Below, piece by piece: positions 1 to 13,300 of a DNA stretch of 64,000 nt. The DNA is from Squalus acanthias (taxonomy: Eukaryota), in NCBI GenBank assembly GCA_030390025.1, contig CM059430.1:67456001-67520000 (forward strand). Reading direction: 5' to 3'. The translations under genes were made by a program, and so were the position numbers. How positions within the stretch are numbered: position 1 is the first letter of the stretch; each line of letters begins with the position of its first letter. Under the pieces are notes generated by a model. That model saw only the letters and a list, made by a program, of their open reading frames with translations, had not been told where the DNA came from and ran no database searches.

Positions 1-953
1 TGTAAAATCTCCAAGTTTGAAGACGACACAAAGCTGGGTTGGCATGTGTGTTGTGAGGAGAATGCAGAGAAACTCCTGTATGATTTGGACAAGTTGGATG
101 ATTGGGCAGATGCATGGCAGATGCAGTATAATGTGGATAAATGCGAGGTTATCCACTCTGGTGGCAAAAACAGGCAGGCAGATTATTACCTGAACGGCAA
201 TAGATTGGAAAAGGGGAAGTTCAACAAGACCTGGGTGTCCTTGTGCACCAGTCGCTGAAGGTAAGCATGCAGGTGCAGCAGGTGGTTAAGAAGGCAAATG
301 GTATGTTGGCCTTCATAGCGAGAGTTTTTGAGTACAGGAGCAAGGATGTCTTGCTGCAGTTGTACCGGGCCTTGGTGAGACCACACCTTGAGTATTGTGT
401 GCAGTTTTCGGCGCCTTATCTGAGGAAGGATGTTCTTGCCATGGAGTGATTGCAGCGAAGGTTCACCAGACTGATACCTGGGATGGCAGGAATGACGTAT
501 GAAGAGAGATTGGGATGATTGGGCTTTTCGCTAGAGTTTAGAAGAATGAGATTGGGTACTCATTGAAACTTATAAAATTCTAACAGGACTAGCCAGACTA
601 GTTGCAGGAAGGATGTTCCCGATGGTGGGGGAGTCCAGAACCAGGAGTCACAGTCTAAGGATAAGGGGTAAGCCATTTAGGACTGAGATGAGGAGGAATT
701 TCGTCACCCAGAGAGTGGTGAACCTGTGGAATTCTCTACCACAGAAGGCAGTTGTGGCCAATTCATTAAATATATTCAAGAAGGAGTTAGATATATTTCT
801 TAAGGCAAAGGGATCAAGGGATATGGGGAGAAAGCAGGGAACGGGTACTGAATTTGGATGATCAGACATGATCTCATTAAATGGGGGAGCAACCTTGAGG
901 GTACGAAAGGCCTACTCCTGCACCTATCTTCTATGTTTCTATGTTTCTATGTT
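1..953 (+). mobile_element. CR1 LINE, 3' part of ORF2 (RT and C-terminus) plus 3' UTR, frameshifted
   Basis: ORF fragments [30 protein letters not shown] and FTQRVVNLWNSLP-like; ends in a (TTCTATGT)n tail at about 929-953. Confidence 0.93.
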
Positions 954-959
954 GGACAC

Positions 960-1275
960 CACTGCAGCCAATTTGCACACAGAGAGTTCACAAAAATAGC
1001 AAAGAGATAAATGACCAGATAATCTGTTTTAACGATGTTGGTTGAGGGATAAATTATGGCACCGGCGATATCTCGCCAGCTTAAATCATGTCATCTGATC
1101 TTTTACGTCCACTTGTTTAGGCAAATGGGGCCTCCCTTTAACATCTCATCAGTAGTATCGTACCCACGACATGCTGCACTCCCTCAGAACTACACTGACA
1201 CATCAGTCTAGATGATGTGCTCTAGTCTCTGAATTGGGCCTCGGACCCATTATCTTCTGATTCAGAGACGAGGTC
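960..1275 (-). mobile_element. Deu-domain SINE (SacSINE1/AmnSINE1-like), degenerate
   Basis: atcttttacgtccac...ggggcctc...aacatctcatc...gcactccctcag...gatgtgctctagtctctg resembles the Deu domain in reverse complement (recalled, not searched); homologous to 38130-38525. Confidence 0.65.
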
Positions 1276-2292
1276 ATGTGCGAGGCAACTTGCAAACAAC
1301 ACTCACCTTAATGATACATTGAAGTCTGATGCTAGACACAAGGCTTGCTCATACACCAGCTAGTTAATATAACCGGTAATGTGATGGGTAATGCGATACA
1401 GAGTTTGACTGCCCTTCCAGTTACTCAAACACATGTCATTATAGGGCAGAGCCCTGACATGCCGCAGCCGTTTTCCCTTTTGTTTCAAAACTCATCTCAC
1501 GACATGGCCCTTGGTCAAGCATATTGGGCACACTAACATTTATTTGGCATGCCCATGAATTCTGAACAAGATGCATAATCATTTGAACACTTCTGCTTAC
1601 CAACATCCGGAGATTTTTGTGCAACCAGAATCAGTTAGCCCTCCGGACTCTAAGGAAATGGTTTAAGGCAATTGAACCGCGTACACCATATTTCCCCCCA
1701 ATAACCATATTGGGAGTCCTCTTTTGAGTCTTGCAAAGCCATCGTACTGCACCCTGTACAATGACCAACATATTACACTGCTTATTCTCTTGTTCTAGAC
1801 TACGTACAATATCCCTTGAGGTTCTCTTCAACTCCCACCAGAAAGTGTTGCACTCTCGGGATTACGCCGCAATTTGCTGCAATATCATTAACTGGGCAGC
1901 GATGTCAATGTCGCACCTAGAACCTTATTGACATCCTGCCCAGTTCGCCAACAACATGGCCCAATAAAAAGCTGAAAACAGTGAACAGTGGCCATAACTC
2001 AGTTAAGGTGTGGCACTGAGAGTTAACTGACCTTCAAATTATGAAAGGGCTATAATTCAACTTTAAAAAGTTACTAACTTAAAACATATATTTTTAACGC
2101 ATTTTCAACAAGTAAAATGGGCTAGAAATTCGTCTGGAACCTGGCGCAAAACGGGCGGTATTAAATCGGCCCCCCGTTATACGCAGCGCCTGATATTTAG
2201 TTGCATTGACTCAAAGGGTTCTGCTCACATCACTTGCTCATTTCATGTAGGTTCTACTTGCAGTCCCCCTCGCGCTCCAATATGATAGGGAG

Positions 2293-3310
2293 ATGGAGCG
2301 GAGGCATCGAAGAAAAGAACAAGATGCTTGCAAAGGGAGGAGGGGCAGGAGGGATCTCAGCAGGATGCATTACACACTTAGGGTGTTCAGGGAGCACATT
2401 TCCTACCTGCACCTAAGCCAGGAGCCTTATATTAGGAGACTTCCCTTAACCAAGGAAGTGGTCACAGAACTCTGCCACTTCCTGCAACCAGACCTGCAGC
2501 CTCAGAGCAGAGCAACGACGGAATTCCCATTCGCCCTCAAGGTCAGCGTGGACCTCAGTTTATTTGCACTGGATTCTTCCAGTATGGAGCAGGAGACATA
2601 GCTAACATCTTACTGTTCGCCATCCATCGCTGCATCCGGGGGTAAAAGAAGGTCTCTGCTCCAGGAGAAGGGACTTATTTGTTTAGCTCTGAAAAGAGAA
2701 AAGTAGGATGAGTGCACATGTGGCTTTGCCAGGATAGCAGGTTTCCCCATCGTCCAGGGCACCATCGTCTGCACACATGTGGTATATGGGTGGCATGTTG
2801 CAATCCTGAGATGTTCAGCAACCGCAAAGTCTGCCACTCATATAATCTGCCGTTTTTGTGCGAGCATGTCAAAGCATCATGATGGTGAATGCCTGCTATC
2901 CTGGCAGCAGTCATGATGACTTCATCTAGCGCCAGTCCGGTGTGCCAGCAATCTACCAGCTATCATGTCAAACCCGAGGTTGGCTGCTTGGAGACAAGGG
3001 CTATCCGCTCTACACCTGGCCGATGATTCCCTTTCGCAACTTCACCACTCTTGGCCAAGACTCATATAACTGCATTCATGCTGCCACGTGCAACTTCATC
3101 GACCAGACCATTGGGATACAAAAGCAATGGTTCTGCTGCCTTAACCGCTCGCGAGCAGCCCTCCATTACTCGCCGCAGCTGGTGTCCCATTTCGTTGGTG
3201 GTCTGTTGCATGCTCCACAACCTGGCCATCTTGAGCATGCAGACCTTGTCACCAGGGATTCTGAAACCACCTCACACAGAGGAGGAAGAAAAGGAAGAGT
3301 AAGAGGATGA
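2293..3310 (+). pseudogene. Harbinger DDE transposase pseudogene
   Basis: Frameshifted fragments collinear with the transposase at 61443-62603. Confidence 0.85.
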
Positions 3311-3377
3311 TGAGTAGGGGGAGCAAGGGCACAGTCTCACATCCACATTCTGGAAGGGCTGTCCGTGAGCGCTTCAT

Positions 3378-5232
3378 TTTTTTCAAAATTCGTTCCTGAG
3401 AATAGGGTGTCAATGGCAAGGCCAGCATTTATTGCCCATCCCTAATTACCCTTGAGAAGGTTGTGGTGTGTCGCCTCCTTGAACCGCTGCAGTCTGTGTG
3501 GTGAAGGTACTCCCATAGTGCTGTCAGGGAGGGAATTCCAGGATTTTGACACAGCGAGGATGAAGGATCGGCAATCTCCTTCTAAGTCAGGATAGTGTGT
3601 GACTTGGAGGGCAGCTTGGAGATGGTGGTGTTCCCATGCGCCTGCTGCCCTTGTCCACCTTGATGGAAGAGGTCGCGGATTTGGGAGGTTGTGCAGAAGA
3701 AGCCTTGATGAGTTGCTGCAGTGCATCTTGTAGATGGTACAAACTGCTGACACAGTACGCCAGTGGTGGAGGGAGTGAATGCTTAAAGTCATGGACGGAG
3801 TGCCAATCAAACGGGATGCTTTGTCCTGGATGGTGTCGAACTTCTTGAGTGTTGTTGGAGATGCACTCATCCAGGCAAGTGAAGAGCATTCCATCACACT
3901 CCTTACTTTTGACTTGCAGATGGTGCAAAAGCTTTGGAGAGTCAGGAGGTGAGGCACTCGCCGCTGAATAACTAGCTTCTGACCTGCTTTTGTTGCCGTA
4001 GTAATTATGTGGCTGGTCCAGTTAATTTTCTGGTTAATGGTGAACCCCAGGCTGTTGCTGGTGGGTGAGTCTGCGATGGTAATGCAGTTGAATGTCAAGG
4101 GGAGGTGGTTAGACTCTCGCTTGTTGGAGATAGTCATTGCCTGGCACTTCTGTGGTGCAAATGTTACCTGCCACATATGAGCTCAAGCCTGAACGTCGTC
4201 GCATGTGGGCATGGACTGCTTCATTATCTGAGGAGTTGTGAATGGTGCTGAACAATTTTCAGTCATCAGCGAACATCGCAATGTCTGAAATTATGTTAGA
4301 GGGAAGATCATTGATGAAGCGGCTGAAGATGGTTGGGACTAGGACACTGCCCTGAGGAATTCCTGCATCGATGACCTGGGGCTGTGATGATTGATCTTCA
4401 ACCACCACAACCATCTTCCTTTCTGCTATGTATGACTGCAGCCAGTGGAGCGTTTTCCCCCCAATTCCATTGACTTCAGTTTTACTCGGGTTCATTGATG
4501 CCACACTCGGTCAAATGCTGCCTTGATGTCAAGGGCAGTCACTCTCAACTCACCTCTGGAATTCAGCTCCTTTGGCCATGATTGGACCAAGGCTGTAATG
4601 AGGTCTTGAGCCGAGTGGTCTTGGCGGAAGCCAAACTGGGAATCCGTGATCAGGTTTTTGGAGAGTAAGTGCCGCTTGATAGCACTGTCAACGACACCAT
4701 ACATCACTTTGCTGATGATTGAGAGTAGACTGATGGGGTGATAATTGGCCACGTTGGCTTTGTCCTGCGTTTTGTGGACAGGACATACCTGGGCAGTTTT
4801 CCACATTGTCGGATAGATGCCAGTGTTGTCGCTGTACTGGAACAGCTTGGCTAGAGGCGCGTTTAGTTCTGGAGCAGAAGTCTTCAGCTCGATGGCCGGG
4901 ATCTTGTCGGGGACCATAGCCTTTGCTGTATCCAGTGTGCTCAGCCATTTCCTGATATCACGTGAAAAGGTGGTGCCGTGTCACCTTCTTGCAGTCCGTG
5001 TGGTGAAGGCACTCCCATAGTGCTGTCAGGGAGAACGTTCCAGGATTTTGACCCAGCAACGATTAAGGAACGGCGATATATTTCTAAATCACATTGGTTT
5101 GTAACTTGGAGGTGATGGTCTTCCCATGCGCCGGCATTCCTTTTTGTTCTAGGTGGTATAGGTCGCGGGTTTGGAAGGTGCTGTTGAAGAAGCCTTGGCG
5201 AGTTGCAGCAGTACATTCTGTAGATGGTAGAT
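3378..5232 (-). mobile_element. CR1/L2-group LINE (family B) RT region and 3' tail, with a second 3' fragment at about 4965-5232
   Basis: PISLLSIISKVM, QFGFR, ALDIKAAFDRVWH, GIPQGSVL, MFADD; 3' tail GGGCAATAAATGCTGGCCTTGCCA. Confidence 0.9.
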
Positions 5233-5394
5233 TCTGGTTCAAGTGAATTTACCCCCAGTTTCTCATTGCTCACCACTTCCCCATCTTACCATCTCTCTAT
5301 AATGGAACATCAGTGTCCTCCCGGCACCAAGCTGGCAAAATGAGAGCAACAACAAAACATACATTTCTAACATAATTTATACTTTCATCAAATT

Positions 5395-6495
5395 CAAATC
5401 AGAAGTACAAAGCCAATTCATCACACTTGTGCGTTCCTCTAGTGTTGTCTTTGGTGTGCCTTTTCCTACTCTAGTGCTGCTACGAAGTGCTCCCCACGTG
5501 GCTGCAGCCTGGCTGGTGGAAGGCTGCTGACTTTCAGTGCGAGAGACCATCGATGGCCTTACAGGATGACGTCGAGCAGCTCTAGACGTAGTAGGCCTGG
5601 CTGTGGCCTCCACCACCTCGTCATGGACAGCAGCAGTATGGTCTGGCTGGCTGACAGGCAGTATCAAGGGCACTGCGGAGTGGAAGTGGTGGGAGTAGGA
5701 ATGCTGCCATCCTGAGAGATAACAGCAGGTTCTTGCTCCACGGAATCTTGCCACTCCCCCGGGGCGGCCCCTCAGCATTCCTAGCAACCTGTTGAAGCAG
5801 AGATTGCTGGACTACTGTGACACCCTGCAATCCCCTTTCGGCACTCATAAACCGAGTGCCGATCGCAGCAGTCTTAGCTTGCGTGGCAGCAAGCTGAGAC
5901 TGCAGGAGAGCAGTCTGCAATTCCACTGCAGCACTGAAACGTTGGGTCGCTTCCGCCTGGGCTGCAGTGGAAGTAGCGAGATTGGTCATCACACCGACCA
6001 TCATGTTTGGGTCCAGCACTTCTTTAATGGATTTTCCCATCATTTCCATCCTGGAAATCATGGGCCCCAATCTCTGCGCTAAACCCCGTGAAATGTTAGA
6101 GCCAGGCTCCTCCATGTTCCTTGACACTGATAAGATGCTCTCTGACAGGCTTGCCATTGCACCAACATTTTTGTGTACATGCCCAGCACTCTTCTGAAGG
6201 CTGGCATATGCAGCAGAAAGCGTGCACGAACTCACGCTCCAGGGAGCTGGCACCAAGGTTATCATTTCCCCCTGGCCTGGCCGCTGCCCACTCGTGCCCA
6301 GTGACTCACGACCTGCAGATACTGCCTCTATACTACCCTCTAGTGTACATACAGTGCCATTCTCTGAGCCGGTGTCTGAGAGTGTGAGGTGCAGTGCCGA
6401 TGTGTCTTGTGCACCTCCTCCATCACTCTCCTCCAGAACTTCAGGGACAAGCTTGCCAGGTTGTAGATCATGGACTGAGAAGGAGGATGATTGAT
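5395..6495 (-). pseudogene. Harbinger Myb/SANT-partner protein, last-exon remnant
   Basis: ORFs 5621-6265 and 5377-5787 resemble exon 3 of the partner gene at 60154-61130. Confidence 0.7.
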
Positions 6496-9400
6496 TAGCG
6501 TCGCAGATCGCAATACATTATATATACAGTGATAACCATTACTAATAATAATTATACATATACTCAGGGTCAAAGTTATGATAGCATGTACCGGAGAATT
6601 CACCGTAGCATAGGTTTCAAACTCGAGGGGATCAGCTGGCCAAGCTTTTTCGAATTTGATACATCTTTTCTAACAACCCTCTTTTTATACATTTCTTTCA
6701 CTCCAGCTACGTGTGAAACCGTATATTACAAACTATTACCTTGTTAAATTAGCTGCCATTTACTTCATATTTAATAGAAATCACTCCCCACACTCTATCA
6801 TGGCCTTGGAGGAGATAATCCCTTGGAGGACAGCTGGAATATCTCTGAGATTGGGACAAAGGAAACTTGCAGCCGAATTCTGAGTAGCTAAAAGTCTCTG
6901 CTGGTAATTTCTAATCGCCACTAAACACTCGAAACAACAGTAATAATTCTAGTCTTCTAGCAGAAAATCATTGCTGAAGTTAATATAATGAAATTAACAA
7001 TTTCCTTATAGTCTATCATGATCAGTGGCAGTGGAACACCCAGTGGGTATACCATTGCTCTGTTTCACCCTGTTATGAGTGACGAAACAGCTTTATGTCC
7101 TCAAAATTCTGACCTGCCGAAACTGACAGGATTATGGATGGCAAGAATGCCACAAAAAGACTGCCAAAATAGATGAAATTAACTTAAAATCCTCCGCAAC
7201 AATTCACTACCCGCTGCTGAGAGAATCTACAGCTTCACTGTTTCCTTTCTGGGCCTCCAAGGTTGAATGTCACGTGAGCAGCATAAATCATGTCATTAAT
7301 AGGTTCCTGTATTAGTAGTCCTAAATATGTGCAGCGGGAATGATTCGTAATCAGGTCAGAATCCCACAATTTCACGTTTGCCATTAATTTCAACGGGGAG
7401 CCGCAGATGAGACGGGACATTTAATGGTTTTTGGCGATGCAAACGATAAGCGGCGCAAATTGTCCAGGATGATGTATGAATTAAACGATGATCGTAGCTC
7501 CTCCAATAGAAGGGTTGTGAGGACAGCAAGTAGTGAGGAGGGAGACTGAGACTTTCCTACTGTTCGCCACAGTTCAATTAGCTTAAAATGGTGAGTAGCT
7601 GAGCCATTCTTGCCTGCTCTAAATATAGGTGGAGGTCGGCTGAATACAATTTACGCCACCGCCAATAGATTGAACAAGTTTGCACTACTTGTCGATATCG
7701 AGCGACCTCTGCTGGAGACGTCTAGAAAAATGTAACTACTTGATGCAGACAGAATGCTTTATGGGATACTGCCTCTGACGCGATAGTGGGATAATTCAAA
7801 TATTATCAGAGCAACGCAAATTTATGGGAATATTTAAGAGAGGCCATAACCTTAAATTGGTCCCTTGTATTGTTTCTTGGCTTTAATCTTTTAACAGCAA
7901 AACATGTCATATAAATTCACGTTGTTGGATTATATACATCTGATGATTAGCCAATGATACAGATTTAAATAAGCCGCGCATAATCTATCATAAAACTAGT
8001 TGTAAAAACCTATTGGAAATAAGGAGCTTGTCAGCCCTAAGGTACTTGTCTCATTCCACGCTTTTTTTTAGTTCACATCCCTATTAAATATTCCATCCTC
8101 TTACTGCAGCATATATTCTTCAGCTGTGATTCAAAACCTGGCACATCTCAATCCACTCTCTCTCAGATGTAAGCTCCATCAATCTGATCGTAACATACAG
8201 AAAAGGCAAGAACCGACCAACTGGTTGAATGAGCTTTCCTTGTCCAACATCTATCCCAGCAGTCCGCCCCCACACCGCACCGCCACACCCCAACCGAGCA
8301 ATCTCTTGGGAGAGGGGAATAAGAGAAAAGAAACTTCCGCCATTTCTGAATAAAATAAATCTGCGACATTCCTCGCTGACCTCTGCAGTTCCTCAAAAAA
8401 AGAACCACAGTGGCCCATATCACTGTCCCATTTACCCACGTGTCTTCTATAACTGGAGATTTCCTTCACTCGTCAGAACTCCACCTGCTTCACTTTGAAT
8501 GCCTGTAGCGAAGTTACACACAGCGCCGGCGATGGTAATTTGTTACATAGATGCACAACTATGCAGAAGAAGACCTTATTGGCATCTAATCTAAATTATG
8601 TTTCGTAGTTTACATTTGTCCCCAGTTCCCTATTACTTATCGAACTTAAATAATCTACCACCTGAGCATAAACTATTTTTTTTATAAGTTTAAAAACCTG
8701 ATAAAAATTCTCAACTCTCTAAGATTTTGCTGATAATTAAGGATCCTTAAAATTGGTATGAATCGTGTGGTCCAACTTTGTATCTTTAACAGCGTCGTGA
8801 TATCACTAACCATGAGAGTGAACATAAAGTGAACACAGTATGCGGGCGGATCATGGCTTTGTATAAGATTAGGATCGTACTTTTAGTTTTGCAATTAATC
8901 TTCACATCCAAATTGCTCTCATGAAGGAATTGCGACACTGACCATGGACCTTTAGCAACTTATATTGATTCAAAGTTAAGCAGGTGGAGTTGGTGCGAGT
9001 TAAGGAAATCTCCAGTTATAAAGGGTATGTGGGTAGATGGGACAGTTTTGTGGGTGGATGGTACAGTGATGTGGGCCACTGTGGTTACGTGGATTTTACT
9101 TAAGTATCTGCAGAGTGCAGCGAGGAATTTCGCCGACTTATTTTATTTAGAAATGGTGGAATATTTTTTTTCTCTTTTATATTAAGTTCGCCCACTAAGT
9201 GGCTTACCACGTTGTGTTAGAAAACAATCATTTATGATTTCCACAATATTGCTCTCACCCAACGCCAGTATCAGTATCAGGCCAATGGATAACTCGGCAA
9301 ATAAGCTCCCCCATACAGTAAATGATTAAGATTCCTTAACATAAGACAGAGACTTATTTGCAGAACTACATAGGAAATGATGAAAATGCACAACCTCCAT

Positions 9401-12324
9401 CCACCAATTACTTGAGGCAATAAATCTCAGCTTGAGGCAAGACCTTTTTATTAAATGTTACTATTCACCAGAAGGCGGCAGTTGGCAGATGGTAAAGTAT
9501 TAACTTACAGAGGGCATTTTAGTGACAATGCCGGAGTTGTTAAAAACATTCTGTTACCTTTTTCTCTAAACAGTGACCTTCTAAACATTTACGAGCGAGA
9601 AAGTGCTGGAGGATAATCATCAATGAAAGACGAAACACACAACAGGACTCGAGATCGTAACTCTATTCGTCTAGGATCAGATGCTCTAGTCTAATCCTCG
9701 AGTAGGGGAATAGGGAAAACTAAAGCAATGAAACTGAATGATAACTGGTTAGCAAGGCGGATTGTTTCAACTTATAGCCTCAACTTCAATTCAGCACAAG
9801 CCTAAAATACAGAAGCTACTATCCCCGCTCTCTTGTTGGGTCTCGTTCTCTCTTGCATTGTGGTCAACGTGAAAATGATGACGATGACCTCAACTCGGTT
9901 TCCAAAAATGAATGGTTCATGCACTGTTCAGAGTTATCTGCATTTTGGTAACTATGGGTCATGTGGCGAATGGAACTGTCACCCTCATAGCACACATTAG
10001 AAACTGCTCGTCTGCCGTCGGACCTGAGGAAGATAGGATGGCGTTTGATGTGAACAATGGCTGACAATAATAAGCTCATATATTTTTATTATTGAGATGA
10101 TGGACATTAATCTTGCTCCTCATATAAATCACTGTGATCCAACGGCCTTTCCTTGATTGACGTTCGACCAATATAATTATGAATTAATCAGTGCTTAGGC
10201 AGATTGATTGGGAGGAGTGGAGTCTCTTAACTAATATTACAGTATAAAAAACCCAGTCAAATACGTATTGAAGAGTTTACAGGCGAGTTGTAAAGTGGAT
10301 ACCCCGAAAATTATTAACTTGTCAATTCTGCTTTGTAATATGTACAATTTTCTTAACATAAATGAAACCAGGAAATGTTGGTTGTTTAAATATTTTGCTG
10401 AAAAAAGAAATAAACTTTTAAAACAGCAATAAGCTGGACGAATGGACCTTACGCAGCCTTTAGTTAACAGACCTTCACCACCGCCAAGTACCCAACCCCC
10501 ACCCCCACTCCCACCCGAATATTTTTGCTTAAACTGTTCTCTCGTACGAGTGAGTTTGGTATTTTTACAATTGCACTGCCGTGTCCAGCTGGGCCAAGTC
10601 CTTCTTATTATTAAAATGAATTAATTACGTGGTTTCTATCAGCCAGGGATCAACTATTTCGGTCTTTGAACGCCATCGGGGTCACTTCTCATTATGAAGT
10701 GGGGCTGAGAGCTATTTCTGGCCGTGGTTCATGAAAAAATATTTTCCAATTCAGTTAATCATACTCGTTATTCGGAATATATTCCAGGATGGTTGAACGC
10801 CTACATCGACACAATACAGAGATATACTGAGTTTCGAAGTTCCTACGAACAAGGAAAGTCGTTTAATAATGACAGCAGTTTGTCCATGATTACGTTTGGA
10901 TTGTATATGAATGTTTTTTGCTGATCATGAATGTTTAAGATTAGAGTTTAAGCTTTCCGTTTCACCAGTTAACACAGTATGTGAAGCAATATATCTACAA
11001 CAGAGAAATAATTCACGTGTGGTCTCTTGCTATTCCGCTAAACGCTACATAATTGGCCATTCATTATTCTACAGGAAGTACCTGTCGTTTCAGCGAATGA
11101 GAAATTTCATTGCTGACCTATTTTAAAGTCGAATTTGAGTAGCGGTTTAATCACAACTATCTTACAGTTTCGAGATGCATAAAATAAACGATGTATTCGT
11201 CCATTTCCGGGCACCAGCAGTTCAAGCACGGATTGCAGATCTTTCGATTGCAACATAATGGAAAAACGCCGTGCGGTTATTACATACTGTTATTGCAGAC
11301 TTGTGGAGATGATTTCCCTCAGGTCACGATATATTAGCAAATCTTATACGCAGCAGAAAATTGTGACCGTTTATTCATTTCTAGCGATGTTGCAACCTAA
11401 TTATTTTAGAATAATTTTAAGATTTGGCTACTAACATGTAACCCGGGAAATATTCAAACTAAGTTTCCTATACCACAAGCCCATAACATCGTTCCCGTGT
11501 GTCTACGCAACAACAAGTACTTTGCGGTTCAAGGGCAGGGTATTTCGGTGAGTACGTCCAGAGGGCAACGATTGCTTAACTCTCGGCTACATTGACTGCT
11601 TCAGATAGTGTGGCTGATATTGGTGCGGATGACTGTTAATTTAATGACAACTGAGCAAGTTTTCTCTCAGCCAGTGTTCTAGAGCACCGCTGATCCTGCG
11701 CACTCAACATCACCCCTCCCGAAAATAATAGCGGCAAAAGCATCAACTATTAATGCTCGCGGTTGCTTGACACTTTTTAAATAGTTCAAAAACCATGAAT
11801 AACCAAACAAAAAGGGAAAATCTGGGGCCAATTTTGGGGATAAGTCTCCGTTGAAGTATAACATCAATGTATCTTATATTTTTAAACTTGAAAAATTAAT
11901 GCTCGTATATATGTAGAAGCAGGCACTTATATGCACTGACATAATTCTTCGGTCAGATAGCAATTCCCACGGAAAACCTGTTCCGAACAAACTAGTAACA
12001 TGCATAACAGGCAGGCTCCTTCACTCTCTCTATGGTACCTCATTTATGTCGAATTGTTCAAGTCAAAGTTATTTTGCATTTAGAGAAACGTTTCGAATGC
12101 AATGCCTCTTCTGCACTTTTACCGATCCCCCTGCACTCGGTGTATATGCGTCCAGCTATAAACGCTCACTCATCACTTCACTTCTCCATCATTCCTGTCA
12201 ATTGTATTAAATTTATCCCATAGTTTTCAGACGGCAGAAGGGGACAAACTAAGTATTTACTTCGCGTACAGCAAGTTCCAGAAATAAGTTGTTATAGAAT
12301 TACTTTTAAAACACTGCGTTTCAG

Positions 12325-13300
12325 AGGCTTGATGGGGTAGTGAAATTAACGCTGTGTATATGGACTTTAAAAGGACGTTTGATAAGGTCCCACATATTAG
12401 ACTTGTTAGCAAGACTGGAACCCATGATATTAAAGAGGCCGTGGCAGCATGGATACCGATTTGACTAAGAGATAGAAAGCTGAGAGCAGAGGAGAACAGT
12501 TAATTTTCAGACAATGGCGAAGTACACAGTGGTGTCCCCTGCGGGGTCGGTTTATGACCATTGCTTTTGTTGATACATATTAATAAAATGGAATTGGGAA
12601 TAGAGGGCATAATTTAAAAGCTTGCAACTGATCGGAAACCTGGAAATTTAATAAACAGCAAGGAGGTTGGTAGCAAACTTCCGGATGACATAACCAGACT
12701 GGTGAAATGGGCAAACACATGGCAGATAAAATGTATTGCTGAAAAGTGCGTAGTGATGCATTTTGGGAGCATGAATGGAGAGAGGCAATATAAACTAAAT
12801 GGCACAATTGGAAAGTGGTGCAGGAAAATAGAGTCTGGCGATTCGCATACACATATCATCGAAGGTGGCATAACAAGTTGATATGGCTTTTACAAAAATA
12901 CGGGATCCTTGGCTCTATATATAGATACATAGTGTACAAAAGCTAGGAAGCTTTGCCAAAATGTTATAAATCGCTGATTAGGCCTCAAATAGATATTGTG
13001 TCCAATTCTGGGCAACAAACTTTAGGTAGGATGTCAAGGCTTTGGAGTGGGACAGAGCAGATATACCAGAATGACACCAGGGATGAGGGACTTCAGTTAT
13101 AAGGGAGACTAGAGAAGCTAGGATGGTTCACCTTAGAGCCGAGAAAGTTAACGGGAGATTTAATAGAGGTGTTCAAAATTAAGAAGGTTTTTGATAGAGT
13201 TAATACAGATAAACTGGCAGGAGTGTCGCTAACCAATGGATACACAGTTAAAATAATTGGCAAATGAACCAGTGGAGCGATAATAAGCAATGTATTTAAT
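12325..13300 (+). mobile_element. Degenerate CR1 fragment
   Basis: YMDF..FDKVPH, GVP.GSV and RDFSY..RLEKLG-like remnants with many stops. Confidence 0.8.

Larger units (their letters stand above)
2119..6495. mobile_element. Decayed PIF/Harbinger element (transposase on +, Myb-partner on -), interrupted by a LINE
   Basis: TIR-like GGGCTAGAAATT at 2119; transposase fragments LCHFLQPDLQPQ, GWLLGDKGYPL and VCCMLHN; minus-strand fragments QQSLLQQVA and QQPSTSQAAAT match the partner protein at 60154-61130; right end not found. Confidence 0.8.

Noticed and set aside
9790-10079. Minus-strand ORF starting like an Ig V exon (VHIKRHP...VC)
   Set aside because: Lacks the core Trp and an in-frame DxxxYxC motif
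10724-11126. EFKLSVSPV...EAIYLQQRNN resembling an Ig light-chain framework 3
   Set aside because: No YYC Cys, wrong spacing to any Trp motif and no RSS; likely chance
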